Position numbers and translations under genes: made by a program
In this document: positions 31,096 through 40,579 of the stretch, one piece after another
How positions within the stretch are numbered: the first letter of the stretch is position 1
Layout: the number at the start of each line of letters is the position of its first letter
Notes under the pieces: generated by a model
The model's database searches: none
What the model was told of the DNA's origin: nothing
Seen by the model: only the letters and a program-made list of their open reading frames with translations
Assembly: GCA_019057475.1 (NCBI GenBank)
Contig: DXJO01000046.1
Span: 91,908 to 155,907, forward strand
Reading direction: 5' to 3'
DNA length: 64,000 nt
From: Candidatus Thorarchaeota archaeon
Lineage (GTDB): Archaea > Asgardarchaeota > Thorarchaeia > Thorarchaeales > Thorarchaeaceae

Positions 31096-31482
31096 ATGCT
31101 CCAGCTGACAAGAGCGCTGCTCCTCATCACCTTCTACTGGTTGATGTTGATTGAGTTTGCTCAGAGGCCAAGTTGGTCAGGTGGACCCGACATCATGACT
31201 GCGCCCCCCTCGCCATTACTCTTTTGGTTGGGGCTTCTTGATGTTGTGACTGCAATCCAACTGTGGAGAGCAAACATCCAGGGCTGGAGATACGGGGTCT
31301 TGATGAGCTTGGTGATTGTCCTTGCCGCGTTGCTGTTCCTGCCCAACATAATAATTCTAAGGCACGACGCCATGTCTATTTTAGCCATAGAGATTCTTCT
31401 TTTTTCGGCAGCGGAATTAATTGTGCTAATCACTCCAGGCGTTCGCCAGCACTTCGGCGTGCAATCGTGGTTAGGAGTTTAG
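31096..31482 (+). CDS. Small four-helix membrane protein
   Basis: Four hydrophobic segments ending ITPGVRQHF; fills the R7-R8 interval. Confidence 0.65.
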   Translation: MLQLTRALLLITFYWLMLIEFAQRPSWSGGPDIMTAPPSPLLFWLGLLDVVTAIQLWRANIQGWRYGVLMSLVIVLAALLFLPNIIILRHDAMSILAIEILLFSAAELIVLITPGVRQHFGVQSWLGV

Positions 31483-31489
31483 CAGCGCG

Positions 31490-31605
31490 GCCATGGCCAC
31501 GCGAATTTTCGGTCCTGAGAACCTCCCCTACATTCGAGAGAAGCGGAAGTAGTTCTCATTCTGGTTTGAGAGAGGCACGTTCTCGCTCCATTTCTCTCTT
31601 TTCTC
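31490..31605 (+). repeat. R8 copy (AMATRIFGPENLPYIREKRK*) plus degenerate hairpin
   Basis: AATTTTCGGTCCTGAGAACCTCCCCTAC...GAAGTAGTTCTCATTCTGGTTTGAGAGAGGCACG. Confidence 0.9.
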
Positions 31606-31867
31606 AACAAATAGAAGATTTCTTCCCCCTAAGACTGATGTATAGTTCTCTAATGCATATGTGAAAAGCAAGAAAAGTACAAAATACTGCTGCCACGAGA
31701 ATAAAAAATACAACAGGATCAGAATAGGGTGCACCAGAGACTAATAGAATCAGAGCTACTCCAATGAATGCAATGACGCCTCTCATCACAAACCTTTGAT
31801 TGTTGGAGTCTTCAGGATCGAGCTAGGAGTCATCAGCGTTCATAGTGCAAGATACCTGATTAGACAT
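31604..31867 (-). pseudogene. Paralog of 40038-40301 with an in-frame TAG at codon 15
   Basis: MSNQVSCTMNADDS*LDPEDSNNQ versus MSDQVFCAMNDDDSWLGPEDSNNQ; TGG>TAG at 31823-31825. Confidence 0.65.
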
Positions 31868-31967
31868 AACGAGGTCCCTTGGGAATATCCCACGTAAACA
31901 TCTTATCTTGAAACGTTATAAGCATAATTTAGGAAGTGCCTGCGCCTTCAGCGCATTCTGGATGGTG

Positions 31968-32089
31968 ACAATCGTCATGGCCAGAGAGAATTCTCGCCCT
32001 GAGAATCTGCCCTACAGACAAGAGAAGCAGAGGTAGTTCTCATTCTAGTTTGAGAGAGGCCAGTCCTCTCTCCATCTCTCCTTATTCTC
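31968..32089 (+). repeat. R9 copy (IVMARENSRPENLPYRQEKQR*) plus hairpin
   Basis: ATCGTCATGGCCAGAGAGAATTCTCGCCCTGAGAATCTGCCCTACAGACAAGAGAAGCAGAGGTAG...GAGAGAGGccagtCCTCTCTC. Confidence 0.92.
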
Positions 32090-32146
32090 AATGAATAGAC
32101 TGATTAGAGAGCAGGGGCATAGAAGGCGTTCTGATGGTGCCAGACT

Positions 32147-33142
32147 GTGGCTGTTGTGTCCATTGTTCAGAACGCAGACATTGAACTCGCGGTTCAAGAG
32201 GCAATCAATCTCATTGGCGGGATTGAAAACTTCGTGCGTCCTCATGATAGGGTGGTAATCAAACCGAATTTGGTTTTCGCTTTGCCCTATGATACGGGGT
32301 TCACGACCGACCCACGCGTTGTCCAAGCCATCGTACAAATGTGCAAAAGCGCAGACGCATCAGATGTGATCATCGCTGAGGGAGCAGGCGGCACTGACAC
32401 CAAGTTGGCGTTTAAGAGATGTGGATACTCAGAGCTCGCGCGAAGATACGATGTCAGGCTTGTGGACCTAAATGAGAGTCAGACTACAGCAGTGGATGTT
32501 CCTGACGGCAAGGCGCTCCAGATGTTGAACATTCCGAATATCATTCTTGAGAGCGACGTTTTAATAAACGTGCCCAAGCTTAAGCTGTATAGAGATACTA
32601 ATTGGGCAAGCCTGGCTGTCAAGAATCTCATGGGCGCTATTCCCGGAAAGGGCGAATACTCGCGAACTCCCTCTGGAGAATTTCCCATCAAGCTATCTCG
32701 CGCATTCTGGAAGCCTGAAGGAAGATTCTTCCTTCCTTATCATCAACAATGGTGGAGCCCCAGAGGTGAGAAGAAGAGAGTTCACACAAACCTTGCAGAG
32801 GGCATAGTGGATTTGAATACGGTGATAAAGCCGTCCCTGAACGTCATAGATGCCATAATAGCGTGTCGCGACATAGACATGACGCATACAAAGGGGGAGA
32901 AGCCCATGGAGCTCAACACGATACTTGCTGGTAGGGATCCTCTTGCACTCGATTGCATCGCCACAAAGATTGGCGGACATACCCCACTCGACATATCGTA
33001 TCTCAAGCGCGCGGCGGAAAGAAGTGTGGGCGAATCAGATTACAACCGGATTCAAGTTGTAGGAACTCCCTTGGATAGGATAGTGGAGGCTTGGAAGACT
33101 GGACTGGCCAACAAGCAAGGTAACTCGAAGTCGACGAGTTAG
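32147..33142 (+). CDS. DUF362 domain (Fe-S associated) protein
   Basis: VVIKPNL, TTDPRVV, LINVPKLK, AVKNLMG and DPLALD motifs. Confidence 0.85.
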   Translation: MAVVSIVQNADIELAVQEAINLIGGIENFVRPHDRVVIKPNLVFALPYDTGFTTDPRVVQAIVQMCKSADASDVIIAEGAGGTDTKLAFKRCGYSELARRYDVRLVDLNESQTTAVDVPDGKALQMLNIPNIILESDVLINVPKLKLYRDTNWASLAVKNLMGAIPGKGEYSRTPSGEFPIKLSRAFWKPEGRFFLPYHQQWWSPRGEKKRVHTNLAEGIVDLNTVIKPSLNVIDAIIACRDIDMTHTKGEKPMELNTILAGRDPLALDCIATKIGGHTPLDISYLKRAAERSVGESDYNRIQVVGTPLDRIVEAWKTGLANKQGNSKSTS

Positions 33143-33202
33143 AAGCCAGAAGTAGTGCTGCAAGCACATTTCGTGAAAGCACAGTGGACAGATAGATCAC
33201 CA

Positions 33203-33265
33203 ATGGCCCGGAGATGCTCTGACCTGAGAACCGCCCCTACAGGCAAGAGAAGCAGAAGTAGTTCT
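33203..33265 (+). repeat. R10 copy without the canonical hairpin
   Basis: ATGGCCCGGAGATGCTCTGACCTGAGAACCGCCCCTACAGGCAAGAGAAGCAGAAGTAGTTCT. Confidence 0.88.
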
Positions 33266-33302
33266 AAAAAGAAAAAGGGGAGAGGAGCGGGTAGCTCCTC
33301 TT
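33266..33302 (-). terminator. Hairpin plus U-tract terminator for the 33312-34802 gene
   Basis: AGAGGAGC-gggta-GCTCCTCT, preceded on the + strand by an A-tract. Confidence 0.55.
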
Positions 33303-33311
33303 GAATTCGCT

Positions 33312-34802
33312 CTATGGATCAACTTCGATGAAGATCAGCTGGACATCATCCCCTATAGCGAGGATGACTGCACCTATTTGGCCCGCGACCGGTTTAAAGC
33401 CGTCACCATTGGCCAATGCATCATTCACCATCGCCACGGCCTCGGGGTCAGTGGGCATTGGGTATTCATCATCAGCGAAATACCATATTGCCTGCTGTAT
33501 ATCCATCATGGCCGCTTCGGAATGCTTGTGGTTCAGGATGTAGTTGATGTAATCCCACTCCTCATCGGATGCCCAGGGAGGAAGATTAGGGTCATAGCTG
33601 GAATAGACAGTAGCCGTGTAGTCGCGATAGTAGATGTAGATATCGCTATCAACACACCAGGCCGGCCAAACACCATCTGAGATATCAAACCCAGGACCCA
33701 CATCCCACAGTAGCATGTCGAAGTAGGTGTTGCTAGTGCCAGGATGAGCGTAAATCTTAATACCCGCTGGATCATCAGGCAGGTTCCAGAATTTGTAAGG
33801 TTCTTGAATTGTATAGGCAACGTAGGTGGCCCAGTTCTTGCCATCGAATTCGAACCCATCACCCCAGGCGGTTTCCATTCGATAGCAGTCGAAGTATGCA
33901 CTATAGATTAGCCCAGTTGGGTTGGAGATTGTACTGCCGCCTGCTTGAGCGTAGTTCCTGACAATGAAATCCATTGAGTTCGTGCCAGGCACAGGGATGA
34001 CCGGGTATTCTATGACAGTCTCCCACTCATGGTTGCCTATGAATGTACCCTGTACCTCACCATCAGACCCGACTAGTTCGCCGTTGAAGTAAATCTCCTC
34101 TGCGTTGTCAGATGTCGCAAGCACAACGGATCCTGTGAGGTAGCATCCTTTCTCGGGAAGATCTATCTCCTTGTGGAACTTCCTCCAGCTATCGCTTACT
34201 GGATCCTCCACATAATACGCTGTGGAAATCCAAGTGGCATCGGGAATGGAAGGCCAGTCGGGATAGACCCAGGTTGCGACGGCGGGATTCGATGATCCCC
34301 ACAAGGGGTCATCAAGTCCGTAGTACAGCCCCGCAGGTCCGAACGCTGCCACTCCAGGTTCACTGAAATCCCAGATGGTCATCTTCTCGCTGGTGCTCAC
34401 TACAATGGCATGCGCTGCTATGTAGATCTCTTTCCCGTAGTCCCAGCCCAGGGGAATTTCGTAGAGTTTCTCTGTGACGCCGTCATCAAACAGCTCTGTT
34501 GAATAATACTCGAACAGCCCTGGTATGGGATTACCGCTCCCGGTCTGACGTATTCCACCGAGGCTATCTGCAACGTGTAGATGAGTTTTGAGTATGGTCC
34601 AACCTCCGTCCATCACGTATTCCACATAGAGGTAGGCGCCATCATTCCAGACTCGAATATCACCAACATCAACTGCTTCATCGCCGCCATCAGCAATCAA
34701 GTCTGTTACAAAGGGCTCATCTGCAGTATGAGCGGCTACATTTACTGGCATAAGAGCCAGCATAAGAAACATGGCTAACAAGGGTATTACCCTCTTTCTC
34801 AA
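33312..34802 (-). CDS. Secreted protein with a lectin-like middle domain and a C-terminal thioester-domain (TED/TQXA)-like module
   Basis: Signal peptide; IPDATWIS...SDN..EIYFNG...NPTGLIY beta-sandwich; WCVD ... INYILNH ... IQQAIWYF ... VQLIFIEV. Confidence 0.6.
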   Translation of the reverse strand: MRKRVIPLLAMFLMLALMPVNVAAHTADEPFVTDLIADGGDEAVDVGDIRVWNDGAYLYVEYVMDGGWTILKTHLHVADSLGGIRQTGSGNPIPGLFEYYSTELFDDGVTEKLYEIPLGWDYGKEIYIAAHAIVVSTSEKMTIWDFSEPGVAAFGPAGLYYGLDDPLWGSSNPAVATWVYPDWPSIPDATWISTAYYVEDPVSDSWRKFHKEIDLPEKGCYLTGSVVLATSDNAEEIYFNGELVGSDGEVQGTFIGNHEWETVIEYPVIPVPGTNSMDFIVRNYAQAGGSTISNPTGLIYSAYFDCYRMETAWGDGFEFDGKNWATYVAYTIQEPYKFWNLPDDPAGIKIYAHPGTSNTYFDMLLWDVGPGFDISDGVWPAWCVDSDIYIYYRDYTATVYSSYDPNLPPWASDEEWDYINYILNHKHSEAAMMDIQQAIWYFADDEYPMPTDPEAVAMVNDALANGDGFKPVAGQIGAVILAIGDDVQLIFIEVDP

Positions 34803-34847
34803 TCTTTTCTTCCTCCTACTAGTGTTGAGATATAAGAAGTCGCTGCA

Positions 34848-34897
34848 TTCTCTCAGACCAACTGAGAGAATCTTTAGGATGTGTCATAAATATGACA
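34848..34897. promoter_or_regulatory. Two palindromes in a divergent promoter region
   Basis: TTCTCTCAG-accaa-CTGAGAGAA (34848-34870) and TGTCATA-aa-TATGACA (34882-34897). Confidence 0.35.
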
Positions 34898-35042
34898 ACA
34901 CTGTGAACTAGACTATGTCCGGAGCTTTGCCTTAAGGCTTCCGGAACCTAGTTTCTCTGTTTTTCCTATCTTCAACCTGTAAGTTGGTATAGCAGAGAAG
35001 GCTATATGTGTGTGAATTTAACCCAACTGAGAGGTCATCAGA

Positions 35043-35747
35043 TTGGAAGTACTAGTAATCAATGGCAGTCCTAGAAAAGATCGAGGAGCAACAGGTGGAA
35101 TTCTCTCGCCCTTTGTTGAGGGGATGAAGGAAGCCAAAGCTGATGTGGATGTCATCTATTCCAAAGGTCTAGATATCGGAGATTGTCGTGGATGTTTCAA
35201 CTGTTGGACAAATACACCCGGCAAATGCATCCAAAATGATGAAATGACAGAAGTGTTGGCCAAGATTGCTGACTCTGATATTCTAGTCCTTGCTACACCA
35301 GTGTACGTTGATGGAATGACTGGGTCCCTCAAGAGTTTCTTAGATAGATCAATTCCCCTATTGCATGGGAGGTTCGAGCTACGGGATGACCATTGTCGCC
35401 ACCCTAGGAGAGCACATGTTAAAACTGAGAAACTCGCACTTGTATCAGTAAGTGGTTTTACTGAGATGGATAACTTTGACTCACTGATTCATCATATGAA
35501 AGCACTCAGCAAAAATCTGGGTTGTGAGTTCGTAGGTTCCCTTCTCAGACCTTATGCCTGGATGCTCGATCCAGCACAGGAACAAGACGCCCCTGTGAGT
35601 GATATTCTCGAATCTATAAAACAGGCAGGATACGAATTAATCTCAGAAGGAACTATGAAAGAAGAGACCCTTGCTACTGTTGCTCGTGATATCATTCCTC
35701 GTGAGGAAGTTATCAAGATGATGCAAGGATACTTCGGTGACAAGTAG
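35043..35747 (+). CDS. Flavodoxin-fold NAD(P)H-dependent FMN reductase / iron-sulfur flavoprotein
   Basis: INGSPRK, CRGCFNCW...GKC and LATPVYVD motifs. Confidence 0.85.
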   Translation: MEVLVINGSPRKDRGATGGILSPFVEGMKEAKADVDVIYSKGLDIGDCRGCFNCWTNTPGKCIQNDEMTEVLAKIADSDILVLATPVYVDGMTGSLKSFLDRSIPLLHGRFELRDDHCRHPRRAHVKTEKLALVSVSGFTEMDNFDSLIHHMKALSKNLGCEFVGSLLRPYAWMLDPAQEQDAPVSDILESIKQAGYELISEGTMKEETLATVARDIIPREEVIKMMQGYFGDK

Positions 35748-35885
35748 CCATTACGTATTAAGCAGAGTTTGGAATCATTAATTTGCTCGAACGATAAACG
35801 AGATTTTTGTGGCTGACGATGCATTCGCTGACCATCCTGGCGATAATCTGTGAGAGGGCATCATTCGATTCCGACAACTTGGTGG

Positions 35886-35948
35886 GAAGCAGATGTGATT
35901 CCTCAATCTGCAAGAGAGAAGTTCATCCTCGCTCACTCGCCTTTCTTC
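35886..35948 (+). repeat. R11, degenerate copy (core plus hairpin)
   Basis: GAAGCAGATGTGAttcctcaatctgcaaGAGAGAAGttcatCCTCGCTC. Confidence 0.6.
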
Positions 35949-36000
35949 AGAAGAAAAGGGGAGGGGAATGGCGCCCCCTCAATGAATCTCAACTATACGG

Positions 36001-37641
36001 TCACTCTCGGTTTGACAATTGATTGCAGCCGATTAGTACTACCACCAGACCAACAATCGGCAGAGGTATGACCTGAGCCAGAATGGAAAGAATCTGCGAT
36101 TCCCAGATGTAATTCATAACTGCACCGAAACCAAGCATAGAGAGCACCATGTCAGCGATGAAATGCCAAATGAATGACACAGCTACTAGTCCCATCGCTC
36201 TGAAGTTGTTCATTGTGTAAGCCCTACTTTTGGTGTCTTCATATGTCGGATTATTCGCTGCAATTCCCATTCCGACTAGTGCACCACCCACACAGCTCAT
36301 GAATGAGGTTGACACTAGGAATAATACCTGACTTGGTTCAAGGTTGAGCAAGACTGCGTAAAGGATAGCCGGAAGAAGGACAACAGGAACAATGAGAAGG
36401 GTAGACTGAGCAATCTTTGCTTTCATATACCTCCTTACACCATGTGGCGTTGCCTGAATCGTCCATAGCTGGTCCTTCGACTCGAGAAAACCCGCACCGC
36501 CAAAGACTTGAGCACCTAGGAAACCAAGCATCAATGATATCATCACATTGACTGATGTCAGATCGAGTTCTCCTGCTCTGATGTAGATGAAAATGGGAAC
36601 TACCAAGGCGAGGAGCATGAGCAGGGCCAAGCGTGATAGATTTTGTGCCTTTCGCCCAAAGTCCTTGAGGCCAGTCACCACCAGCACGCCAAACGAGCCC
36701 CTGACAACTCGACGAATTCCACGCAGTGCCACGTTCTCATCGTGAGTGGTTGTTACAGATTCGGTCCTAGCGCCTATTCTGATGGTGAACAAACGATCAG
36801 CAGACAATAGTCCTAGAACGACAAGTGCCACACTGAAGCCTCCGAGAAGCAGAGCATTGCTGGACCAGTGGAAACCTAGAGCCGCGTCCAGGCTGCCGAT
36901 GGCCAGACCTATTCCGTTAAATGCCACAGCCATTTGAGTCACTAGATCTGCACCCCAAGTGAATGGAAACATCAAGAAGAAATCCATTCCTAGAATCTTA
37001 GACATCAAGGGGGCAAAGAGCTGCAGACCCACGAGCGGTAGAATTGCTACAAAGCTAAGTGCAATAGCTAGTGCGTTGGCAAGGTCCTTGCCGCGCGGCG
37101 ACTCTCCAAGCTTTGACTGGATTGCTGTCACCAAGAGTTGGGACAACCATATAGCGCCCACTGTGATTACAAAAACTGTGACGTACATGAGGGCCTGTCC
37201 AACAGGTGATACCTCCAAGGCCTGAGCAAAGGGTGCGACCAAGAGTGGAGCGAGATAGAGTATGTAAAGTCCATAGACAGATAGCCTGCCAACGAATGAA
37301 CCGACCAATATCTCCCGGGTCTGGACATTGTTACTGAGCAGAATCTCCCATTGCCCTATCTTTACCTCCTGTAACGCGTTTGACAGGGGCAATATCAGAA
37401 GGATTAGCCAGATGAACATGATGCCCGCGCGCATCAAGCCCGGCATGACCACGACGAGAACTGGCTGAGGAATCCCGAGGGTTTCAGTAAGAATTAAGGC
37501 CATCAAATAGGGTGCGATGACGAGTGCCCATACAATTCCCAAACCAAAGAAACCGAGTACGATAGGCTTCCTATGCGACTTGATGCCGCTTGTCTGGATT
37601 TGGAACTCGGCTTTTGCAATGTGAAACCAGTTTCCAGTCAC
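36001..37641 (-). CDS. ABC exporter permease
   Basis: About 14 TM helices in two halves; downstream of an ABC ATPase. Confidence 0.75.
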   Translation of the reverse strand: MTGNWFHIAKAEFQIQTSGIKSHRKPIVLGFFGLGIVWALVIAPYLMALILTETLGIPQPVLVVVMPGLMRAGIMFIWLILLILPLSNALQEVKIGQWEILLSNNVQTREILVGSFVGRLSVYGLYILYLAPLLVAPFAQALEVSPVGQALMYVTVFVITVGAIWLSQLLVTAIQSKLGESPRGKDLANALAIALSFVAILPLVGLQLFAPLMSKILGMDFFLMFPFTWGADLVTQMAVAFNGIGLAIGSLDAALGFHWSSNALLLGGFSVALVVLGLLSADRLFTIRIGARTESVTTTHDENVALRGIRRVVRGSFGVLVVTGLKDFGRKAQNLSRLALLMLLALVVPIFIYIRAGELDLTSVNVMISLMLGFLGAQVFGGAGFLESKDQLWTIQATPHGVRRYMKAKIAQSTLLIVPVVLLPAILYAVLLNLEPSQVLFLVSTSFMSCVGGALVGMGIAANNPTYEDTKSRAYTMNNFRAMGLVAVSFIWHFIADMVLSMLGFGAVMNYIWESQILSILAQVIPLPIVGLVVVLIGCNQLSNRE

Positions 37642-37647
37642 CTTGGT

Positions 37648-38418
37648 TCACCTCCATGCGAGCAGTGCTTCGCGGTCCACTTTCCCACCTACTATCTTCA
37701 AGTAAGCATCTTCAAGACTATGTGCGTTAGCTGCTTCAACAACTGCATCTGGCGGCCCTACAGTCACAAGCTCACCTTCGTTGAGGATACCTATGACATC
37801 ACAGATGTCCTGTGCAAAGCTCGTCATGTGGGTGCAGATGAAAAAGGTTGTATTGGTTTCCTCGGCAAGTGCAAGGATCAATTCCTTTACCAGTGCACTA
37901 GCGGAGGGATCAAGTCTTGATGTCGGCTCATCCAAGAACACAACCCTGGGCTCATGCAACAGGGTTGCAGCGATGAGGACCTTCTGCTTCATCCCTGAGG
38001 AATAAGATTCCAGAAGGTCGTTCTGTCTACCTTCAAGTCCCAGAATTGAGAGCAGGGCATCGATCCGCTCATAGAGAATTTCTCCATGCAGTCGATTGAG
38101 TGCGCCAATGAACTCTAAGAATTCAGTAGCAGAGAGCTTTGAGTAGAGCCCTGGCGTTTCTGGCAAGAGACCTGATATTGCTTTGACATCACTCTTTTGC
38201 GATACGATGTCATAACCACAAACTGATGCGCTTCCTCTTGTAGGCTTCATTAGACCAGAGAGCATGCGTACAGTTGTTGTCTTGCCTGCTCCATTTGGTC
38301 CAAGAAGCCCAAAGCGTGTGCCAACTGGAACACTTAAGTTCAATCCGTTTACAGCCTTCACCGAACCAAAGGATTTTGCGAGTCCATTAGTGATGATTGA
38401 GAAATTCTCGGCGTCCAT
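37648..38418 (-). CDS. ABC transporter ATP-binding protein
   Basis: GPNGAGKTT, YSSGMKQK, VFLDEPT and H-loop. Confidence 0.92.
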   Translation of the reverse strand: MDAENFSIITNGLAKSFGSVKAVNGLNLSVPVGTRFGLLGPNGAGKTTTVRMLSGLMKPTRGSASVCGYDIVSQKSDVKAISGLLPETPGLYSKLSATEFLEFIGALNRLHGEILYERIDALLSILGLEGRQNDLLESYSSGMKQKVLIAATLLHEPRVVFLDEPTSRLDPSASALVKELILALAEETNTTFFICTHMTSFAQDICDVIGILNEGELVTVGPPDAVVEAANAHSLEDAYLKIVGGKVDREALLAWR

Positions 38419-38450
38419 GATTATTCACATGAGAAACAGCGAGAATTTAC

Positions 38451-38482
38451 TATATAATGGACTGTGGGAAAAAAGTCCATAG
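38451..38482 (-). promoter_or_regulatory. TATA box with adjacent palindromic operator, upstream of the ABC genes
   Basis: TATATA next to ATGGACT-N10-AGTCCAT, about 33 nt upstream of ATG 38418; repeated at 39834-39865. Confidence 0.7.
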
Positions 38483-38496
38483 CTGCTGTGCTAGTC

Positions 38497-38841
38497 CTAA
38501 CCTATGAGAAGGAGCACTGCGTGCCTCTTTGAATCATGCCCGCTGGTGAAGAACTGTGTCACGAGAGTGTAGAACTGGTCCAGAGCCCCTCGACCTTTCT
38601 CAGTAGTCTTGAACACATAGATGCCAGCCTCGGGTTCATCGACCTGTTCAAAGAGACCTGCATCAACAAGAAAATCAAGGTCCTCTTTGATCATCTGGGT
38701 TTTCAGTCCCAAATGCCTCATTAGCCAGCTCTGAGTTCGCGACTCCCATACGCAGGCTTCAAGAAGTTCCACCCATCGCTCGTATTTCGTTCTCCTTGGA
38801 CCTGGTGTCCACGAACGAGGACGAATAGTGGGTGGCTTCAT
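38497..38841 (-). CDS. Winged-helix transcriptional regulator (archaeal ArnR/HTH_45-like)
   Basis: RRTKYE...LLEAC...LDFLVDAGL...FKTTEKG. Confidence 0.75.
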   Translation of the reverse strand: MKPPTIRPRSWTPGPRRTKYERWVELLEACVWESRTQSWLMRHLGLKTQMIKEDLDFLVDAGLFEQVDEPEAGIYVFKTTEKGRGALDQFYTLVTQFFTSGHDSKRHAVLLLIG

Positions 38842-39581
38842 GTGGGCTCCCTCCCGTCATAGGTATTGGTTGGATTGGAGAAGGCGCTCTCCAGTTCCTC
38901 ACCCCAGGCAATGAAGCCTTGATAGAAGTTGAGCCATCGCCTAGCTAAGAGCCGCCAATAGAAGAAGACGATCCATCGAGCCACCAATATCACGATAATC
39001 ATGCCGAGGAAGACTAATGGGACTAGCAGTGGCGTCCCCTGTTCAATAGCAGACAAGAACTCAGGAATCAGGAAGTTGACAATCAGCAGGATGTACAGTG
39101 CTCCTTGAAAGATGACTTCAATGATCACCTTCCTAGTTAGATTTGTGAGGTGCTTTCGAAGTTTTTCAACATCATTCTCTGAGGGCACATCATTCAGAGT
39201 ATCAGCTGGTCTGAGTACATCAAAGATGAGAAAGATATACGACGTCAAGCCGGGTACAACATGTCTTTCATCAAGTGCATCCTCGATCTCTTTGAGAGCA
39301 GCTCCTGCTTGTTGAAGAGCTCCGAATCGATTCTTTGCAGACTTGTATCGAAGCGGAGCAATGAGAATGGGGATGATAATGACAACAAACGCAATTGAGA
39401 GGAGTTCAAATGGTAAGCCCATCATTGCGATGAGAAGGATGACCCAGAGCATCACGATGTACATTCCAAACACTGAGGAGAATATATGACCCATCAAGAA
39501 ACTGTGACTTCTACGCATCACCCGTAAAATGCCTCTCTGGCGGGCCAATAACTCAAATTGTTCGGGATGATTAGACTCCAA
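38838..39581 (-). CDS. Membrane protein, unknown function
   Basis: Four TM helices; ATGA overlap with the regulator gene. Confidence 0.65.
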   Translation of the reverse strand: MESNHPEQFELLARQRGILRVMRRSHSFLMGHIFSSVFGMYIVMLWVILLIAMMGLPFELLSIAFVVIIIPILIAPLRYKSAKNRFGALQQAGAALKEIEDALDERHVVPGLTSYIFLIFDVLRPADTLNDVPSENDVEKLRKHLTNLTRKVIIEVIFQGALYILLIVNFLIPEFLSAIEQGTPLLVPLVFLGMIIVILVARWIVFFYWRLLARRWLNFYQGFIAWGEELESAFSNPTNTYDGREPT

Positions 39582-39662
39582 TTCGTATCACCCAACATCT
39601 GAAAGAGTCTGAAGCGAAGCAGGATATATACTCAATGGGATGATTCAAATAAAGGATGGGAC

Positions 39663-39803
39663 TCAAAGGGAGTTCGGGATTAAGAGACCCCTACTGAGGT
39701 GTGTAGTCATCTCTCCCAGAATCGGGCCGTCCAACATCAACAATGCTGCAACCACAATCAAAGCGGCCGCAATAACTATGGATAATCTCTCGGATTGGTT
39801 CAT
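39663..39803 (-). CDS. Small hydrophobic protein (46 aa), possibly truncated
   Basis: MNQSERLSIVIAAALIVVAALLML...; ATG about 30 nt downstream of the TATA/operator copy; below the ORF-track cutoff. Confidence 0.45.
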   Translation of the reverse strand: MNQSERLSIVIAAALIVVAALLMLDGPILGEMTTHLSRGLLIPNSL

Positions 39804-39833
39804 GTTATTTCAAGTAGAGCAATGCGTAGCTAG

Positions 39834-39865
39834 TATATAATGAACTGTGGGAAAAAAGTCCATAG
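39834..39865 (-). promoter_or_regulatory. Second copy of the TATA plus operator motif
   Basis: TATATAATGAACTGTGGGAAAAAAGTCCATAG, one mismatch to 38451-38482. Confidence 0.7.
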
Positions 39866-39926
39866 TCTTCAATCACGACTAGATGCAAGTCAAGCAAATG
39901 CTCGTATTGGTTCTCATGTGCAGCGC

Positions 39927-40039
39927 ATAGTCATGGCGAGGTATTCAGCCCTAAGAACCGCCCCTACAGACAGGAGAAGCAGAAGTAGTTCTCAGTCTAG
40001 TTCGTGAGAGGCCAGTCCTCTCTCCTTCTCTCGTCTCTC
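39927..40039 (+). repeat. R12 copy plus hairpin (small deletion in the left arm)
   Basis: ATAGTCATGGCGAGG...CCTAAGAACCGCCCCTACAGACAGGAGAAGCAGAAGTAGTTCTCAGTCTAGTTCGTGAGAGGccagtCCTCTCTC. Confidence 0.9.
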
Positions 40040-40301
40040 AACAAATAGAGGATTTCTTCCCCCTAAGACTGATGCATAGCTCTCTATTGCATATGGCAAG
40101 AGGAAGAGCACCGCAGAATACTACTGCCACGATAATAAGAAATTCAACAGGATTAGAATAGGGTGCACCATAGAGCGCTAGAATCAGAGCAAGTAGAATG
40201 AATGCAATGACGCCTCTTATCACATACATCTGATTGTTGGAGTCTTCAGGACCGAGCCAAGAGTCATCATCGTTCATAGCGCAAAATACCTGATCAGACA
40301 T
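40038..40301 (-). CDS. Small two-helix membrane protein (intact paralog of 31604-31867)
   Basis: 87 aa with two hydrophobic helices; the whole block 40036-40464 aligns to 31602-32030. Confidence 0.6.
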   Translation of the reverse strand: MSDQVFCAMNDDDSWLGPEDSNNQMYVIRGVIAFILLALILALYGAPYSNPVEFLIIVAVVFCGALPLAICNRELCISLRGKKSSIC

Positions 40302-40401
40302 AACGAAGTCCCCGGGGAATGTCCCACGTAAACGTCTTTTCTTGAAACGTTATAAACATAATTGAATTAGTGCATGCACATTCAGCGGATTCTGGATAGT
40401 G

Positions 40402-40464
40402 ACAATCGTTATGGCCAGAGAAAATTCCCGCCTTGAGAATCCCCCATGCAGACAAGAGAAGCAG
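40402..40464 (+). repeat. R13 copy, ending abruptly after the core
   Basis: ATCGTTATGGCCAGAGAAAATTCCCGCCTTGAGAATCCCCCATGCAGACAAGAGAAGCAG, then unrelated sequence. Confidence 0.88.
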
Positions 40465-40579
40465 TCTTGGCTCCGATATGTGGATTGTACCTGCTAGTTA
40501 AGGAAGCAATGGTTGCTCGGAGCTGACGAGCGTGTTTTTTACTACCCTAAACAACACTTGAGTTGAAGTGTGTGATGAT

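Noticed and set aside
31823-31825. In-frame TAG as pyrrolysine
   Set aside because: The paralog has TGG (Trp) at this codon; a single transition explains it
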